64,000 nucleotides of DNA from Nitrogeniibacter aestuarii (lineage in GTDB: Bacteria > Pseudomonadota > Gammaproteobacteria > Burkholderiales > Rhodocyclaceae). Shown one piece after another: positions 1 to 9,602 of this stretch. Below the pieces are notes generated by a model that did no database searches, was not told the DNA's origin, and worked only from the letters and a program-made list of their open reading frames with translations. The stretch's first letter is position 1, and the number at the start of each line of letters is the position of its first letter. The position numbers and the translations under genes were made by a program. The stretch spans positions 156,335-220,334 of the forward strand of contig NZ_CP071321.1 in the NCBI RefSeq assembly GCF_017309585.1, read 5' to 3'.

Positions 1-5
1 AGGGT

Positions 6-2285
6 GTGGACTACGAAATCGTCTACGACCCCACCCAGTTCGTGCGTGCCTCCATCGAGTCGGTGGTGCACACCCTGCTAGAGGCCATCGCCCTGGTGGT
101 GATCGTGGTGATCCTGTTCCTGCAGACCTGGCGCGCGTCGATCATCCCGCTGCTGGCGGTGCCGGTGTCGGTGGTCGGCACCTTCGGGGTGATGCATCTG
201 TTCGGTTTTTCCATCAACGCGCTGTCCCTGTTCGGCCTGGTGCTGGCCATCGGTATCGTGGTCGACGACGCCATCGTGGTCGTGGAAAACGTGGAGCGCA
301 ACATCGAGGCCGGGCTGTCGCCGCGCGAGGCAAGCTACCGGGCCATGCGCGAGGTGTCGGGGCCGATCATTGCCATCGCCCTAGTGCTCATCGCGGTGTT
401 CGTGCCGCTGGCCTTCATCACCGGCCTCACCGGCCAGTTCTACCGCCAGTTCGCCCTCACCATCGCCATCTCGACCGTGATCTCGGCGATCAACTCGCTC
501 ACCCTGTCGCCCGCCCTGGCGGCCATGCTGCTCAAGGGCCATGACGCGCCGAAAGACGCGCTCACCCGGGGCATGGACAAAGTGTTCGGCCCGCTCTTCC
601 GCGGTTTCAACCACCTCTTCGGCCGGGGCGCCGAGGCCTACAGCGGCGGTGTGAAGAAGGCCATCGGCCGGCGTGCGCTCATGCTCGGGCTGTATCTGGG
701 GCTGGTGGGCCTGACCTGGGCCTTGTTCCAGGGCGTGCCCAAGGGCTTCGTGCCGGCGCAGGACAAGCAGTACCTGATCGGCTTCGCCCAGCTGCCCGAC
801 GGCGCCACGCTGGACCGCACCGAGGCGGTCATCCGCCAGATGGGCGAGATCGCCATGCAGGACCCGGGCGTGGAGCACGCGGTGGCCTTCCCCGGGCTGT
901 CGATCAACGGCTTCACCAACAGCTCCAGCTCCGGCATCGTGTTCACCCCGCTCAAGCCCTTCGACGAGCGCAAGGGGGCCGACCAGAGTGCCGGGGCCAT
1001 TGCCGGGCGTCTGAACCAGGCCTTTGCCCAGATCCAGGATGCCTTCATCGTCATCTTCCCGCCGCCGCCGGTGCAGGGGCTGGGGACGACCGGCGGCTTC
1101 AAGCTGCAGGTCGAAGACCGAGCTTCGCTGGGCTTCCCGGCCCTGAACGACGCGGTGCAGGCCTTCATGGCCAAGGCGCATGAGGCCCCTGAACTGGCGG
1201 GCATGTTCACCAGCTTCCAGGTGAACGTGCCGCAACTCTATGCCGATCTGGATCGCACCCGCGCCCGCCAGTTGGGCGTGGCGGTGACCGATGTGTTCGA
1301 CACCCTGCAGATCTATCTGGGCAGCCTGTATGTGAACGACTTCAACAAGTTCGGCCGGACCTATTCGGTACGCGTGCAGGCGGATTCACAGTTCCGTGCC
1401 CGCGCCGAGGACATCGGCCAGCTCAAGGTGCGTTCCGCCTCGGGCGAGATGATTCCGCTGTCGGCCCTGCTCAAGGTGTCGCCCAGCTTCGGGCCGGAGC
1501 GTGCCATGCGCTACAACGGCTTCCTGTCCGCCGACATCAATGGTGGTCCGGCGCCGGGCTATTCCTCCGGTCAGGCGCAGGACGCCATCAAGCGCATCGC
1601 GGCCGAAACCTTGCCCCCGGGCATTGCCTTCGAGTGGACCGAGCTGACCTATCAGGAAATCCTCGCCGGTGACTCGGCCCAGTGGATCTTCCCGCTGGCG
1701 ATTCTGCTGGTGTTCCTGGTGCTGGCCGCCCAGTACGAAAGCCTGACCCTGCCGCTGGCGATCCTGCTCATCGTGCCCATGAGTCTGCTCTCGGCCATGG
1801 CCGGGGTGTGGCTGTCGAACGGCGACAACAACGTGTTCACCCAGATCGGCCTGATGGTGCTGGTGGGCCTGTCGGCCAAGAACGCCATCCTGATCGTGGA
1901 GTTTGCCCGCGAGCTGGAGTTTGCCGGTCGCACGCCGCTGCAGGCGGCCATCGAGGCGAGCCGCCTGCGCTTGCGCCCGATCCTGATGACCTCCATGGCC
2001 TTCATCATGGGCGTGCTGCCCCTGGTGCTTGCCAGCGGGGCCGGCTCGGAGATGCGCCGCGCCATGGGTGTGGCGGTGTTCTCCGGCATGATCGGCGTGA
2101 CCGCCTTCGGCCTCTTCCTCACCCCGGTGTTCTATGTGGTGCTGCGCCGCCTGACCGGCAACCGCACCCTCAAGCTGCACGGGCACGAGGCCCACCTTGA
2201 AGCCTTCGCCGGCACCCCCGGTGCCCGACCCGGCCCCCGCCGCGCGTCGCGACGAACTGCTCTGAGCAGGAGGACGACATCATGA
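6..2285 (+). CDS. RND efflux transporter inner-membrane permease (HAE1/AcrB-MexB family), 5' end outside the window
   Basis: ORF open from the window edge. Conserved RND permease segments are present (VVDDAIVVVENVERN, TM-rich C-terminal half). Stop overlaps the downstream NodT gene start (ATGA). Confidence 0.9.
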   Translation: MDYEIVYDPTQFVRASIESVVHTLLEAIALVVIVVILFLQTWRASIIPLLAVPVSVVGTFGVMHLFGFSINALSLFGLVLAIGIVVDDAIVVVENVERNIEAGLSPREASYRAMREVSGPIIAIALVLIAVFVPLAFITGLTGQFYRQFALTIAISTVISAINSLTLSPALAAMLLKGHDAPKDALTRGMDKVFGPLFRGFNHLFGRGAEAYSGGVKKAIGRRALMLGLYLGLVGLTWALFQGVPKGFVPAQDKQYLIGFAQLPDGATLDRTEAVIRQMGEIAMQDPGVEHAVAFPGLSINGFTNSSSSGIVFTPLKPFDERKGADQSAGAIAGRLNQAFAQIQDAFIVIFPPPPVQGLGTTGGFKLQVEDRASLGFPALNDAVQAFMAKAHEAPELAGMFTSFQVNVPQLYADLDRTRARQLGVAVTDVFDTLQIYLGSLYVNDFNKFGRTYSVRVQADSQFRARAEDIGQLKVRSASGEMIPLSALLKVSPSFGPERAMRYNGFLSADINGGPAPGYSSGQAQDAIKRIAAETLPPGIAFEWTELTYQEILAGDSAQWIFPLAILLVFLVLAAQYESLTLPLAILLIVPMSLLSAMAGVWLSNGDNNVFTQIGLMVLVGLSAKNAILIVEFARELEFAGRTPLQAAIEASRLRLRPILMTSMAFIMGVLPLVLASGAGSEMRRAMGVAVFSGMIGVTAFGLFLTPVFYVVLRRLTGNRTLKLHGHEAHLEAFAGTPGARPGPRRASRRTALSRRTTS

Positions 2286-3721
2286 CCCTCAATACGACAT
2301 TGCTGACCCCCGTCCTCGCCGCCCTGGTGCTGGCGGGTTGTGCCTCCGCGCCACAGATCGACGCCAGTGCCCTGCCCACGGCACCGGCCCAGTACCGTGA
2401 AAACGATGCGCGCTGGATGCGCGCCGACACGGCCACGGTGGCGCCCCGCGCCGACTGGTGGACGCTGTTCGACGACCCCGTCCTCGACCAGCTTGAAACG
2501 CAAGCGGCCAAGAACAACAATGCCCTGCAAACCGCCGCCGCCAACCTGGCCCGTGCCCGCGCCGTGGCACGAATCACCGATGCCGACCGGGCACCCCAGG
2601 TGGGTGTCGGCGCACAGGTGACCCGCCAGGGCGGCCCGCTGGCCGAAGAGGCCGGCACTGCAGGCACACTCGGTCAGGTGGGGGCGAGCTTCTCCTATGA
2701 AGTGGATCTGTTCGGCCGCCTCTCCGAGGCGTCACGCGCAGCTCGCCTCGATGCCGACGCCCAGGCGGCCTTGCTCGACGACGCCCGCCTGCTGGTGCAT
2801 GGCGCGGTGGCGGAAACCTATCTGGCCATCCGCGTGCTCGACCAGGAGCGCCGTGTGGTGCGCGATACGGTGGCGGCCTACCGCAACACGCTGGACCTGA
2901 GCCGCCAGCGGCTCGACGCCGGCGACATCTCCGAACTCGATGTGGCGCGCATCGAGACCGAGCTGGCGGTCAACGAATCCGACGCCCTGGCGCTGGACCG
3001 CCGCCGTGCCGTGCTCGAACACGGTCTGGCGGTGCTGGTGGGGCAGGCCGCCTCGGACTTCACGCTCGAAGCCACCGACTGGACGGCCACCCTGCCGACC
3101 ATCCCCGCCGGCCTGCCCAGCGCCTTGCTGAGTCAGCGTCCGGACGTGCTGGCGGCGCAGCGGGCGGTGCTCGCGGCGCAGGCGCGGGTGGGCGTCGCCC
3201 AGGCGGCGTGGTTCCCCAACATCGCGCTGACCGGCAACGCCGGCTATGCCTCGACCGATCTGGAAGACCTGTTCAAGTGGTCGACCCGCGCCTGGGGGAT
3301 CGGTGCGCTCCTGTCCTTGCCCATCTTCGATGGCGGCCGGCGCGAGGCCGGTGTACAGAGTGCGCAGGCGGACCTCGACGGGGCGCTGAGTCGCTACCGG
3401 GAACAGGCGCTGGTGGCGTTCCGCGACGTGGAAGACCAGCTCGCCTCCCTGCGTCTGTTGTCCGAGCAATCCGATGCCCAGGCCCGCGCGGTCAATTCGG
3501 CCACGCGGGCCATGACCCTGTCCGAACATCGCTACGACAACGGGCTGGTGAGCCAGCTTGACCTGCTCGATGCGCGTCGCAGCGAGCTGGCCAGCCGACG
3601 GGTGGCCCTGCAGGTGAAAGCGGCGCGGTATCAGTCCACCGTCGCACTCATTCGCGCACTCGGTGGCCGCTGGGCGCCGGGTGGTGCAGCCGAGCCGGTG
3701 GCGCTGGCCAACACCCCTTGA
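2282..3721 (+). CDS. RND efflux outer-membrane factor lipoprotein, NodT/OprM family
   Basis: N-terminal lipobox (LVLAGCAS). TolC-like coiled-coil/beta-barrel repeat composition. Translationally coupled to the upstream permease. Confidence 0.88.
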   Translation: MTLNTTLLTPVLAALVLAGCASAPQIDASALPTAPAQYRENDARWMRADTATVAPRADWWTLFDDPVLDQLETQAAKNNNALQTAAANLARARAVARITDADRAPQVGVGAQVTRQGGPLAEEAGTAGTLGQVGASFSYEVDLFGRLSEASRAARLDADAQAALLDDARLLVHGAVAETYLAIRVLDQERRVVRDTVAAYRNTLDLSRQRLDAGDISELDVARIETELAVNESDALALDRRRAVLEHGLAVLVGQAASDFTLEATDWTATLPTIPAGLPSALLSQRPDVLAAQRAVLAAQARVGVAQAAWFPNIALTGNAGYASTDLEDLFKWSTRAWGIGALLSLPIFDGGRREAGVQSAQADLDGALSRYREQALVAFRDVEDQLASLRLLSEQSDAQARAVNSATRAMTLSEHRYDNGLVSQLDLLDARRSELASRRVALQVKAARYQSTVALIRALGGRWAPGGAAEPVALANTP

Positions 3722-3726
3722 TCAGT

Positions 3727-3891
3727 AATGCCGTTCAGTTAAGAGAATCCGAGCCTTATAGACGGGTCGCTCCCTCCCCTTCAAGGGGAGGGTTGGGGTG
3801 GGGATGGGGTGAAACTGGGCAGCTCAAACCCCATCCCCCTCCTGACCTCCCCCTTGAAGGGGGAGGAACCGTGCCTTAACTGAACGGCATT
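3727..3891. repeat. Compound palindromic intergenic element between two convergent genes
   Basis: 17-bp perfect terminal inverted repeats: AATGCCGTTCAGTTAAG at 3727-3743 and CTTAACTGAACGGCATT at 3875-3891. These enclose two internal perfect hairpins (CCCTCCCCTTCAAGGGGAGGG and CCTCCCCCTTGAAGGGGGAGG) and G-tract/C-tract complementarity (GGGGTGGGGATGGGG / CCCCATCCCCC). Confidence 0.6.
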
Positions 3892-3900
3892 ACCCCTTGA

Positions 3901-4209
3901 TCAGCTGCTTTCAAGACTGGCGAGAAAATGCTCGCGGGCGGATTCGAGCAGGTGAAGCTGCTCGACGGCGACCAGCCGGCGGGCGTGCTGATGGTAGAGG
4001 TCGAGCGCGGTGATGACATCGGCCAGGGCGACCGTGTCTGTCGGTGGTGCAACCGCCTGAGTGGCACCACCCACCGGTTTGAGGGTGGCGTGCTTGGGCA
4101 CGAACACGGTGCCGCCCTTTTCGGTGTTGGCGGTCATCGGACCGATCTTGGTGAAGACCTTGCCCTGCCATTCAAACTGCGCGCCGATGGGGAGGAGATG
4201 GATTTTCAT
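3901..4209 (-). CDS. hypothetical protein (102 aa)
   Basis: ORF on the minus strand. The start (MKIH at 4209) was chosen because the longer ORF would overlap the DUF2905 gene. No recognisable motifs. Confidence 0.45.
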   Translation of the reverse strand: MKIHLLPIGAQFEWQGKVFTKIGPMTANTEKGGTVFVPKHATLKPVGGATQAVAPPTDTVALADVITALDLYHQHARRLVAVEQLHLLESAREHFLASLESS

Positions 4210-4223
4210 TCGTGTCGGTCCGG

Positions 4224-4430
4224 TTATTTGCGCCACCACCACAGCAACAGCGAGACCACCACGGAGACGACGATGGAGGTCATCAGCGGAAAGTGAAAGC
4301 TGAAGCCCTCGCGCTGCATGTGGATGTCGCCGGGCAGGCGGCCCAGCGGCAGCTTGGCCAGCCAGGGCCACAGCAAGCCGACGGCGACCAGCAGCAGGCC
4401 GAGGAGGATGAGGGTGCGTTGCATGACCAC
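4224..4430 (-). CDS. DUF2905-family small membrane protein
   Basis: 68 aa. Sequence MQRTLILLGLLLVAVGLLWPWLAKLPLGRLPGDIHMQREGFSFHFPL matches the conserved DUF2905 pattern. Confidence 0.75.
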   Translation of the reverse strand: MVMQRTLILLGLLLVAVGLLWPWLAKLPLGRLPGDIHMQREGFSFHFPLMTSIVVSVVVSLLLWWWRK

Positions 4431-4565
4431 AGTCTACAAACTTTCACGGTCGCACGGCATGCCGTCGCGGATGTGATCGATGCCGCGCGATGAACGCCGG
4501 ATCCCGCGATACACTGGCGCCCTGAGATGGCAACGCCAATGGCATGAGCAGGAGAGAGCGGCGGC

Positions 4566-6266
4566 ATGATGATTGGTATCGATCTGGGCACCACCAACAG
4601 TCTGGTGGGGGTGTTTCGCGACGGTGAAGCGACCTTGATTCCCAATGCACTGGGGCATGTGCTGACCCCGTCCGCGGTCGGCATCGACGAGCAAGGCAAC
4701 ATGCTGGTGGGCTTGCCGGCACGCGAGCGCATCGCGACCCACCCGGATCACACCGCGATCGCCTTCAAGCGCTGGATGGGTACCGACAAGACCCTGATGC
4801 TGGGCAAGAAGCGTTTTCGCCCTGAAGAACTCTCTGCGCTGGTGCTGGGTGCGCTCAAGCGCGACGCCGAAGCGTTTCTCGGCGAGCCGGTCACCGAGGC
4901 CGTCATCAGCGTGCCGGCCTACTTCAACGAGGCGCAGCGCAAGGCCACCAAGACCGCGGCCGAACTGGCCGGGCTCAAGGTGGAGCGCCTGCTCAACGAG
5001 CCGACCGCTGCGGGGCTGGCCTACGGGCTGGCCGAACGTCAGGAGATGAGTACTTTTCTGGTCTTCGACCTGGGGGGCGGCACCTTCGACGTGTCGGTGC
5101 TGGAGTATTTCGAGGGCGTGGTCGAGGTGCGTGCCAGCGCGGGCGATACCCGGCTTGGCGGTGAGGACTTCGTGCAGGTGCTCATCCGCCTGTTTCTGGA
5201 GCGTTGCAAGGCGCTGAGTGCGGCCGATCGCGAACGCATCGAGCGCGACCAGAGCCTGTGGCGTATCGCCGAGCAGGCCAAGCGCGATCTGGGCGAGCAC
5301 GAGCAGGTCGTCATGCGCCTCCGGTTCGGTGACGCGACTCACGAACACACCATCACCCGGGCCGACTTCGAGGCCGCCTGCGCCGATCTGCTCCAGCGCC
5401 TGCGCCACCCCATCGAGCGCGCGCTCAAGGACGCTCAGCTCGACCCGGGCGCCTTGACCGAAATCGTGCTGGTGGGCGGTGCGAGCCGCATGCCGGTGGT
5501 GCGCCAGATGGTGACCCGGTTGTTCGGTCGGCTGCCGCTGCGCCATATCAACCCGGACGAGACCGTGGCCCGCGGTGCGGCGATTCAGGCGGCGCTGAAG
5601 GCGCGTGATGCGGCGCTGGACGAAGTGGTGCTCACCGACGTGATGCCGTTTTCCCTCGGCATCATCATCAGCCAGGAGACAGGTGGGCGGCGCATTCCCG
5701 ACCGGTTTTCGCCGATCATCGAACGCAATACCCCGGTACCGGTGTCGCGCGTAGGGAGCTACTGCACGGTCCGGGACCAGCAGGCCGCGATCTTTCTGGA
5801 TATTCGTCAGGGCGAATCGCCCGTGGGCTCGGACAACCTCAAGCTGGGCGAACTGGAAATGCCCGTTGCCGCCCTGCCGGCGGGCGAGGCCAACGTGGAT
5901 GTGCGCTTTACCTATGACGTGAACGGCCTGCTCGACATCGAAGTGACCGACACCCGCACCGGCCACAAGGTGAGCACCGTCATCAAGCAGTCTGAAAACG
6001 TGATGACCGAGGCGCAGATTGCCGAGGCGCTGGCTAAGCTCGCCGATCTCAAGGTGCACCCGCGCGAGAAGCAGGAAAACATCTATCTGGTGAATCGGGC
6101 CAAGCGGCTGTACGAAGACAACCTGGGCGAGGTGCGTCAGCAGATTCTCGACTGGCTCTCCCGTTTCGAGGGCATCCTCGAGTCCCAGGACGAGCGTCGC
6201 ATCCGTCAGGCACGCACGGACTTTGCCGCCGCGCTCGACAGCATCGATCGTGGCTTCATTCTCTGA
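4566..6266 (+). CDS. hscC: Hsp70-family chaperone HscC (Hsc62-like)
   Basis: [32 protein letters not shown] and related Hsp70 motifs. Collinear similarity to E. coli HscC including the short C-terminus. Followed by a J-domain membrane protein, as in hscC-djlC/djlB. Confidence 0.85.
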   Translation: MMIGIDLGTTNSLVGVFRDGEATLIPNALGHVLTPSAVGIDEQGNMLVGLPARERIATHPDHTAIAFKRWMGTDKTLMLGKKRFRPEELSALVLGALKRDAEAFLGEPVTEAVISVPAYFNEAQRKATKTAAELAGLKVERLLNEPTAAGLAYGLAERQEMSTFLVFDLGGGTFDVSVLEYFEGVVEVRASAGDTRLGGEDFVQVLIRLFLERCKALSAADRERIERDQSLWRIAEQAKRDLGEHEQVVMRLRFGDATHEHTITRADFEAACADLLQRLRHPIERALKDAQLDPGALTEIVLVGGASRMPVVRQMVTRLFGRLPLRHINPDETVARGAAIQAALKARDAALDEVVLTDVMPFSLGIIISQETGGRRIPDRFSPIIERNTPVPVSRVGSYCTVRDQQAAIFLDIRQGESPVGSDNLKLGELEMPVAALPAGEANVDVRFTYDVNGLLDIEVTDTRTGHKVSTVIKQSENVMTEAQIAEALAKLADLKVHPREKQENIYLVNRAKRLYEDNLGEVRQQILDWLSRFEGILESQDERRIRQARTDFAAALDSIDRGFIL

Positions 6267-6278
6267 GCGGTCGCTGGC

Positions 6279-8264
6279 GTGAATGACCACTGGGACTGCC
6301 TGGGGCTCGAACCCACCGACGACCTGGCCACCATCAAGCGTGCCTATGCCAAGGCACTCAAGCTCAACCGGCCCGAGGACGATGCCGGCGCCTACCAGCG
6401 CCTGCGCGAGGCCTACGACTGGGCGCAGCAATTTGCGCGCTGGGCAAAGGCCAATCCCGGCTGGCGGGAGGAGGACGACGACCCGGACGAGGACGTCAGC
6501 GAGACGGATGAGGCTGCCGCGCCATCGGACCTCGACAGCCCGACGAGCAGCCACGAAACGCGCCCACCGCCAGAGCATGAAGTGCAGATCGCGGTATCAC
6601 CACCGGATCATCGTGCCTGGTGGCAGCGTGTCGGTGTCGATCCGGCCGCCGTGCTCATGCCGCACGATCGCGTGCTGCTCACGGGCGAGGGCGCGGCCGA
6701 ACCGCTCATCTTCGTGAGTGTGCTGGGGCAGGCCGCGCCAACCCTTGTGCCACGCTGGCATCGGCATGTGGTGCCTGAGCATGAAGCCACCTGGGCCGAC
6801 CCGATCTACGGTTTCGACGATCTGCACGCCGTCGACGCCAACGACGTGCTCGATGTGCTGGCCGACTGGCGTGACGCCGACGATCCGAATGAAGACCGCA
6901 GCGAAGCCCTCGTGCATCTGCTCCATCAGCTGCCGCTGCGCGAACAGGACGAGGTGCAGGTGCGGTGTGCCGGATTCGTGCTGGAGCAATCTGACCTTCC
7001 GCCCCGGCTGGTCCTCACGCTGGCAAACTGCTTCGACTGGGGGCGTGATTTCCGGCTCGAACAACTCATCGGTGAAGACGACGCGCTGGCGCTCTATGAG
7101 CGCATCGAGCGGGCGCGGGAAGATCTCGCCGAACTCGGGCCGCGAGGCCTCAGGGCCGCGCAGGCGCGCCTGTCTCGCTTGCTCGACTCGGCGCGGGCGC
7201 ATGCCGAAAAACGCTATGCCACCTTCTGGGCGCGCCTGCTCTTGAGCCCTGTGGCGCACTATCGTGATCTGAAGGCACCAGATGCGGCCGTCGTTCTCTC
7301 GGTTGCGGAGCTGCCAGTGCGGCCGCTCTCCAGCGCTGTGCGTGCCGTGTTCTTCGTTTGTCTGCTCGCCGTCGCTGCGCTCATCGGATTCATGCATGGC
7401 GTCGACGGCGTGCTCCATGCGCTTGGCGCCGGAACTGCGCTTGAGCCGCGACTGACCTACCCCTTGCTGCTTCTCGGGGGAGGCGCGCTCGGCTATTACA
7501 TGATGGCCGAATGGCCCCTGCCCGGGCTGGTCGGTATTTTCAGCCGGTTGGGCGGGACGCGGCCGGGCGAATGGCTGGCCCAGCAACGACACCAGCGCGT
7601 CACCTACTGGCTCTGGCTGGCCTATCTGCTGATTCTGACGGTGGGTTTGACCGTGCCTTACGACGCCATGCAGAGGGACGACGTGGCGATGGATCCCGGC
7701 GTCTGGATTGCGATATCGGCGCTCTTCAGTGCCTTGCCATTGCTTGCCCTATGGCCGCGCGGTGAAGCATGGGAGCCTCTGTATCTCCCCATGTGGGGCA
7801 TGTTCAGCGCGGTGCTGGGGGCAAACACCAGTCTGGGCTGGCTGATGTCGCTGCCCATTGCCGCGGCCTGGATCGTGCTGGCGGCGCTGGTCGCGGTGTG
7901 CCATGCCGCGCTGGCCGATCGCGTGGTCAATGGCTTCTTCGGGTTGATCCGTCCCACTGGTTTCCGCTGGGTCCTGTTCTTCATTTTCATCAAGGGCGTC
8001 GTGGTGTTCTATACCGCACTCGCCCTGATCACCCCGCCACTGTGGTTGTGCGTCTATGCGCGCGATGCGGGCTGGCAGAAGGTGTGGATGGCCATGATGA
8101 TCGCCTTCGGCCTGTGGGGGACCGGGCTGCTGGCGCTCGACGGCTTCAGCTTCATGGTGTGGCTCATGGTGACGCTCTTTGCCATGACGCGGCTCGACCG
8201 CCTGATCGCCAATACGCTCGACACGCGAGCCCTGGGCGCCGCCGGAGGCGACGCCCGCGCCTGA
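6279..8264 (+). CDS. J-domain co-chaperone with polytopic membrane C-terminal region (DjlC/DjlB-like)
   Basis: N-terminal J-domain (DLATIKRAYAKALKLNRPEDDAG...YQRLREAYD). Acidic linker. At least 8 hydrophobic helices in the C-terminal half. Directly downstream of hscC. Confidence 0.75.
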   Translation: MNDHWDCLGLEPTDDLATIKRAYAKALKLNRPEDDAGAYQRLREAYDWAQQFARWAKANPGWREEDDDPDEDVSETDEAAAPSDLDSPTSSHETRPPPEHEVQIAVSPPDHRAWWQRVGVDPAAVLMPHDRVLLTGEGAAEPLIFVSVLGQAAPTLVPRWHRHVVPEHEATWADPIYGFDDLHAVDANDVLDVLADWRDADDPNEDRSEALVHLLHQLPLREQDEVQVRCAGFVLEQSDLPPRLVLTLANCFDWGRDFRLEQLIGEDDALALYERIERAREDLAELGPRGLRAAQARLSRLLDSARAHAEKRYATFWARLLLSPVAHYRDLKAPDAAVVLSVAELPVRPLSSAVRAVFFVCLLAVAALIGFMHGVDGVLHALGAGTALEPRLTYPLLLLGGGALGYYMMAEWPLPGLVGIFSRLGGTRPGEWLAQQRHQRVTYWLWLAYLLILTVGLTVPYDAMQRDDVAMDPGVWIAISALFSALPLLALWPRGEAWEPLYLPMWGMFSAVLGANTSLGWLMSLPIAAAWIVLAALVAVCHAALADRVVNGFFGLIRPTGFRWVLFFIFIKGVVVFYTALALITPPLWLCVYARDAGWQKVWMAMMIAFGLWGTGLLALDGFSFMVWLMVTLFAMTRLDRLIANTLDTRALGAAGGDARA

Positions 8265-9389
8265 TCACGCCGCGTTGAGCGCCGTGTTGAGCGTGGCGAC
8301 GGTGCGGTCCACGTCCATCAGCTTGTCGAGGCCGAACAAGCCCACGCGGAAGCTCTTGAAGTCGGCAGGTTCGTCGCACTGTAGCGGCACGCCCGCAGCG
8401 GTCTGAAGGCCTTTGGTCATGAACGTTTTGCCGGTGTGGGTGGCGTCGTCTTCGGTGTAGCTCACCACCACGCCCGGCGCCTGGAAGCCTGGCGCCGCCA
8501 CACTCTTGAAGCCATGCCCTTCGAGCAGGTCGCGCACACGGCGGCCCAGCTCGATCTGGGCGCTCTTGAGCTTCTCGAACCCGATGCCCTCCATCTCCAG
8601 CATGGTATTGCGCATCTTCGTGATGCCATCGGTCGGCATGGTGGCGTGGTAGGCATGGCCGCCGCCGAGGTAGGCATTCATGATCTGCATCCACTTCTTC
8701 AGGTCGGCGGCGAAGCTGGTGCTGGTGGTCGTTTCGATGACCTCGAGTGCCCGCTGGCTCATCATCACCATGGCGCAGCAGGGTGAGCCGCTCCAGCCCT
8801 TTTGCGGCGCGCTGATGAGGATGTCCACACCGGTGGCCTGCATGTCCACCCACACGGTGCCCGAGGCAATGCAGTCGAGCACGAACAGGCCGCCCACCTC
8901 GTGCGTGGCCTCGGCCACGGCCTTGAGGTAGTCGTCGGGCAGGATCATGCCGGCGGCGGTTTCCACATGCGGCGCAAACACCATGGCCGGCTTCTCGGCG
9001 CGAATGGTCGCCACCACCTCATCGATGGGTGCCGGCGCAAAGGGGGCCTGATATTCATCGCTGGTGCGACGCGCCTTGAGTACCGTGTGGCTCGACGGAA
9101 TGTTGCCCATGTCGAAGATCTGCGTCCAGCGGAAGCTGAACCAGCCATTGCGGATCACCAGCGCCTTCTTGCCGGACGCGAACTGGCGCGCCACGGCCTC
9201 CATGCCGTAGGTGCCGCCGCCGGGTACCAGCACGGCCGATTCTGCCTTGTAGGTGTCTTTGAGAATCCGCGACACATCCCGCATGACCGTCTGGAACTTC
9301 TGCGACATGTGGTTGAGTGATCGGTCGGTGTAAACCACCGAGTATTCGAGCAAGCCGTCGGGATCGACGTCTGGTAACAAGCCTGGCAC
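8265..9389 (-). CDS. PLP-dependent aminotransferase, class V fold
   Basis: 374 aa. PLP-lysine region SAPQKGWSGSP. Overall class V aminotransferase architecture. Substrate not assignable from sequence. Confidence 0.7.
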   Translation of the reverse strand: MPGLLPDVDPDGLLEYSVVYTDRSLNHMSQKFQTVMRDVSRILKDTYKAESAVLVPGGGTYGMEAVARQFASGKKALVIRNGWFSFRWTQIFDMGNIPSSHTVLKARRTSDEYQAPFAPAPIDEVVATIRAEKPAMVFAPHVETAAGMILPDDYLKAVAEATHEVGGLFVLDCIASGTVWVDMQATGVDILISAPQKGWSGSPCCAMVMMSQRALEVIETTTSTSFAADLKKWMQIMNAYLGGGHAYHATMPTDGITKMRNTMLEMEGIGFEKLKSAQIELGRRVRDLLEGHGFKSVAAPGFQAPGVVVSYTEDDATHTGKTFMTKGLQTAAGVPLQCDEPADFKSFRVGLFGLDKLMDVDRTVATLNTALNAA

Positions 9390-9602
9390 GGGTGTCTCCC
9401 AATCTCTGGTCTGTGGCCGCTATTGGGTGCGACCTGAAACGTACAGCATGCCACCGTTTTCATGACGGCTCCACCCTGTGCGAAGCAGGGGGATCTGGCG
9501 CCTCTTGCGAGATCATTGAAATGGCATGATTTGCGGCTGTCTGTTTGCCAATGGCATAGTCTCGCGTACCATACAACCCCTCGTGTTTGTCCTGACCTTG
9601 CC

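Noticed and set aside
4434-6578. Long antisense ORFs opposite real genes (4434-6578 opposite hscC; 21457-23208 opposite GgpPS; 28781-30511 opposite rtcR; 46945-49053 opposite the HEAT gene; 10133-11467 and 10599-11705 within vgrG; 30887-32287 opposite band-7; 33102-34202 opposite rtcB; and others)
   Set aside because: These are typical GC-rich shadow ORFs. Their products are Arg/Ala/Gly/Pro-biased low-complexity sequences without motifs, and each overlaps a gene with clear homology on the other strand or frame.
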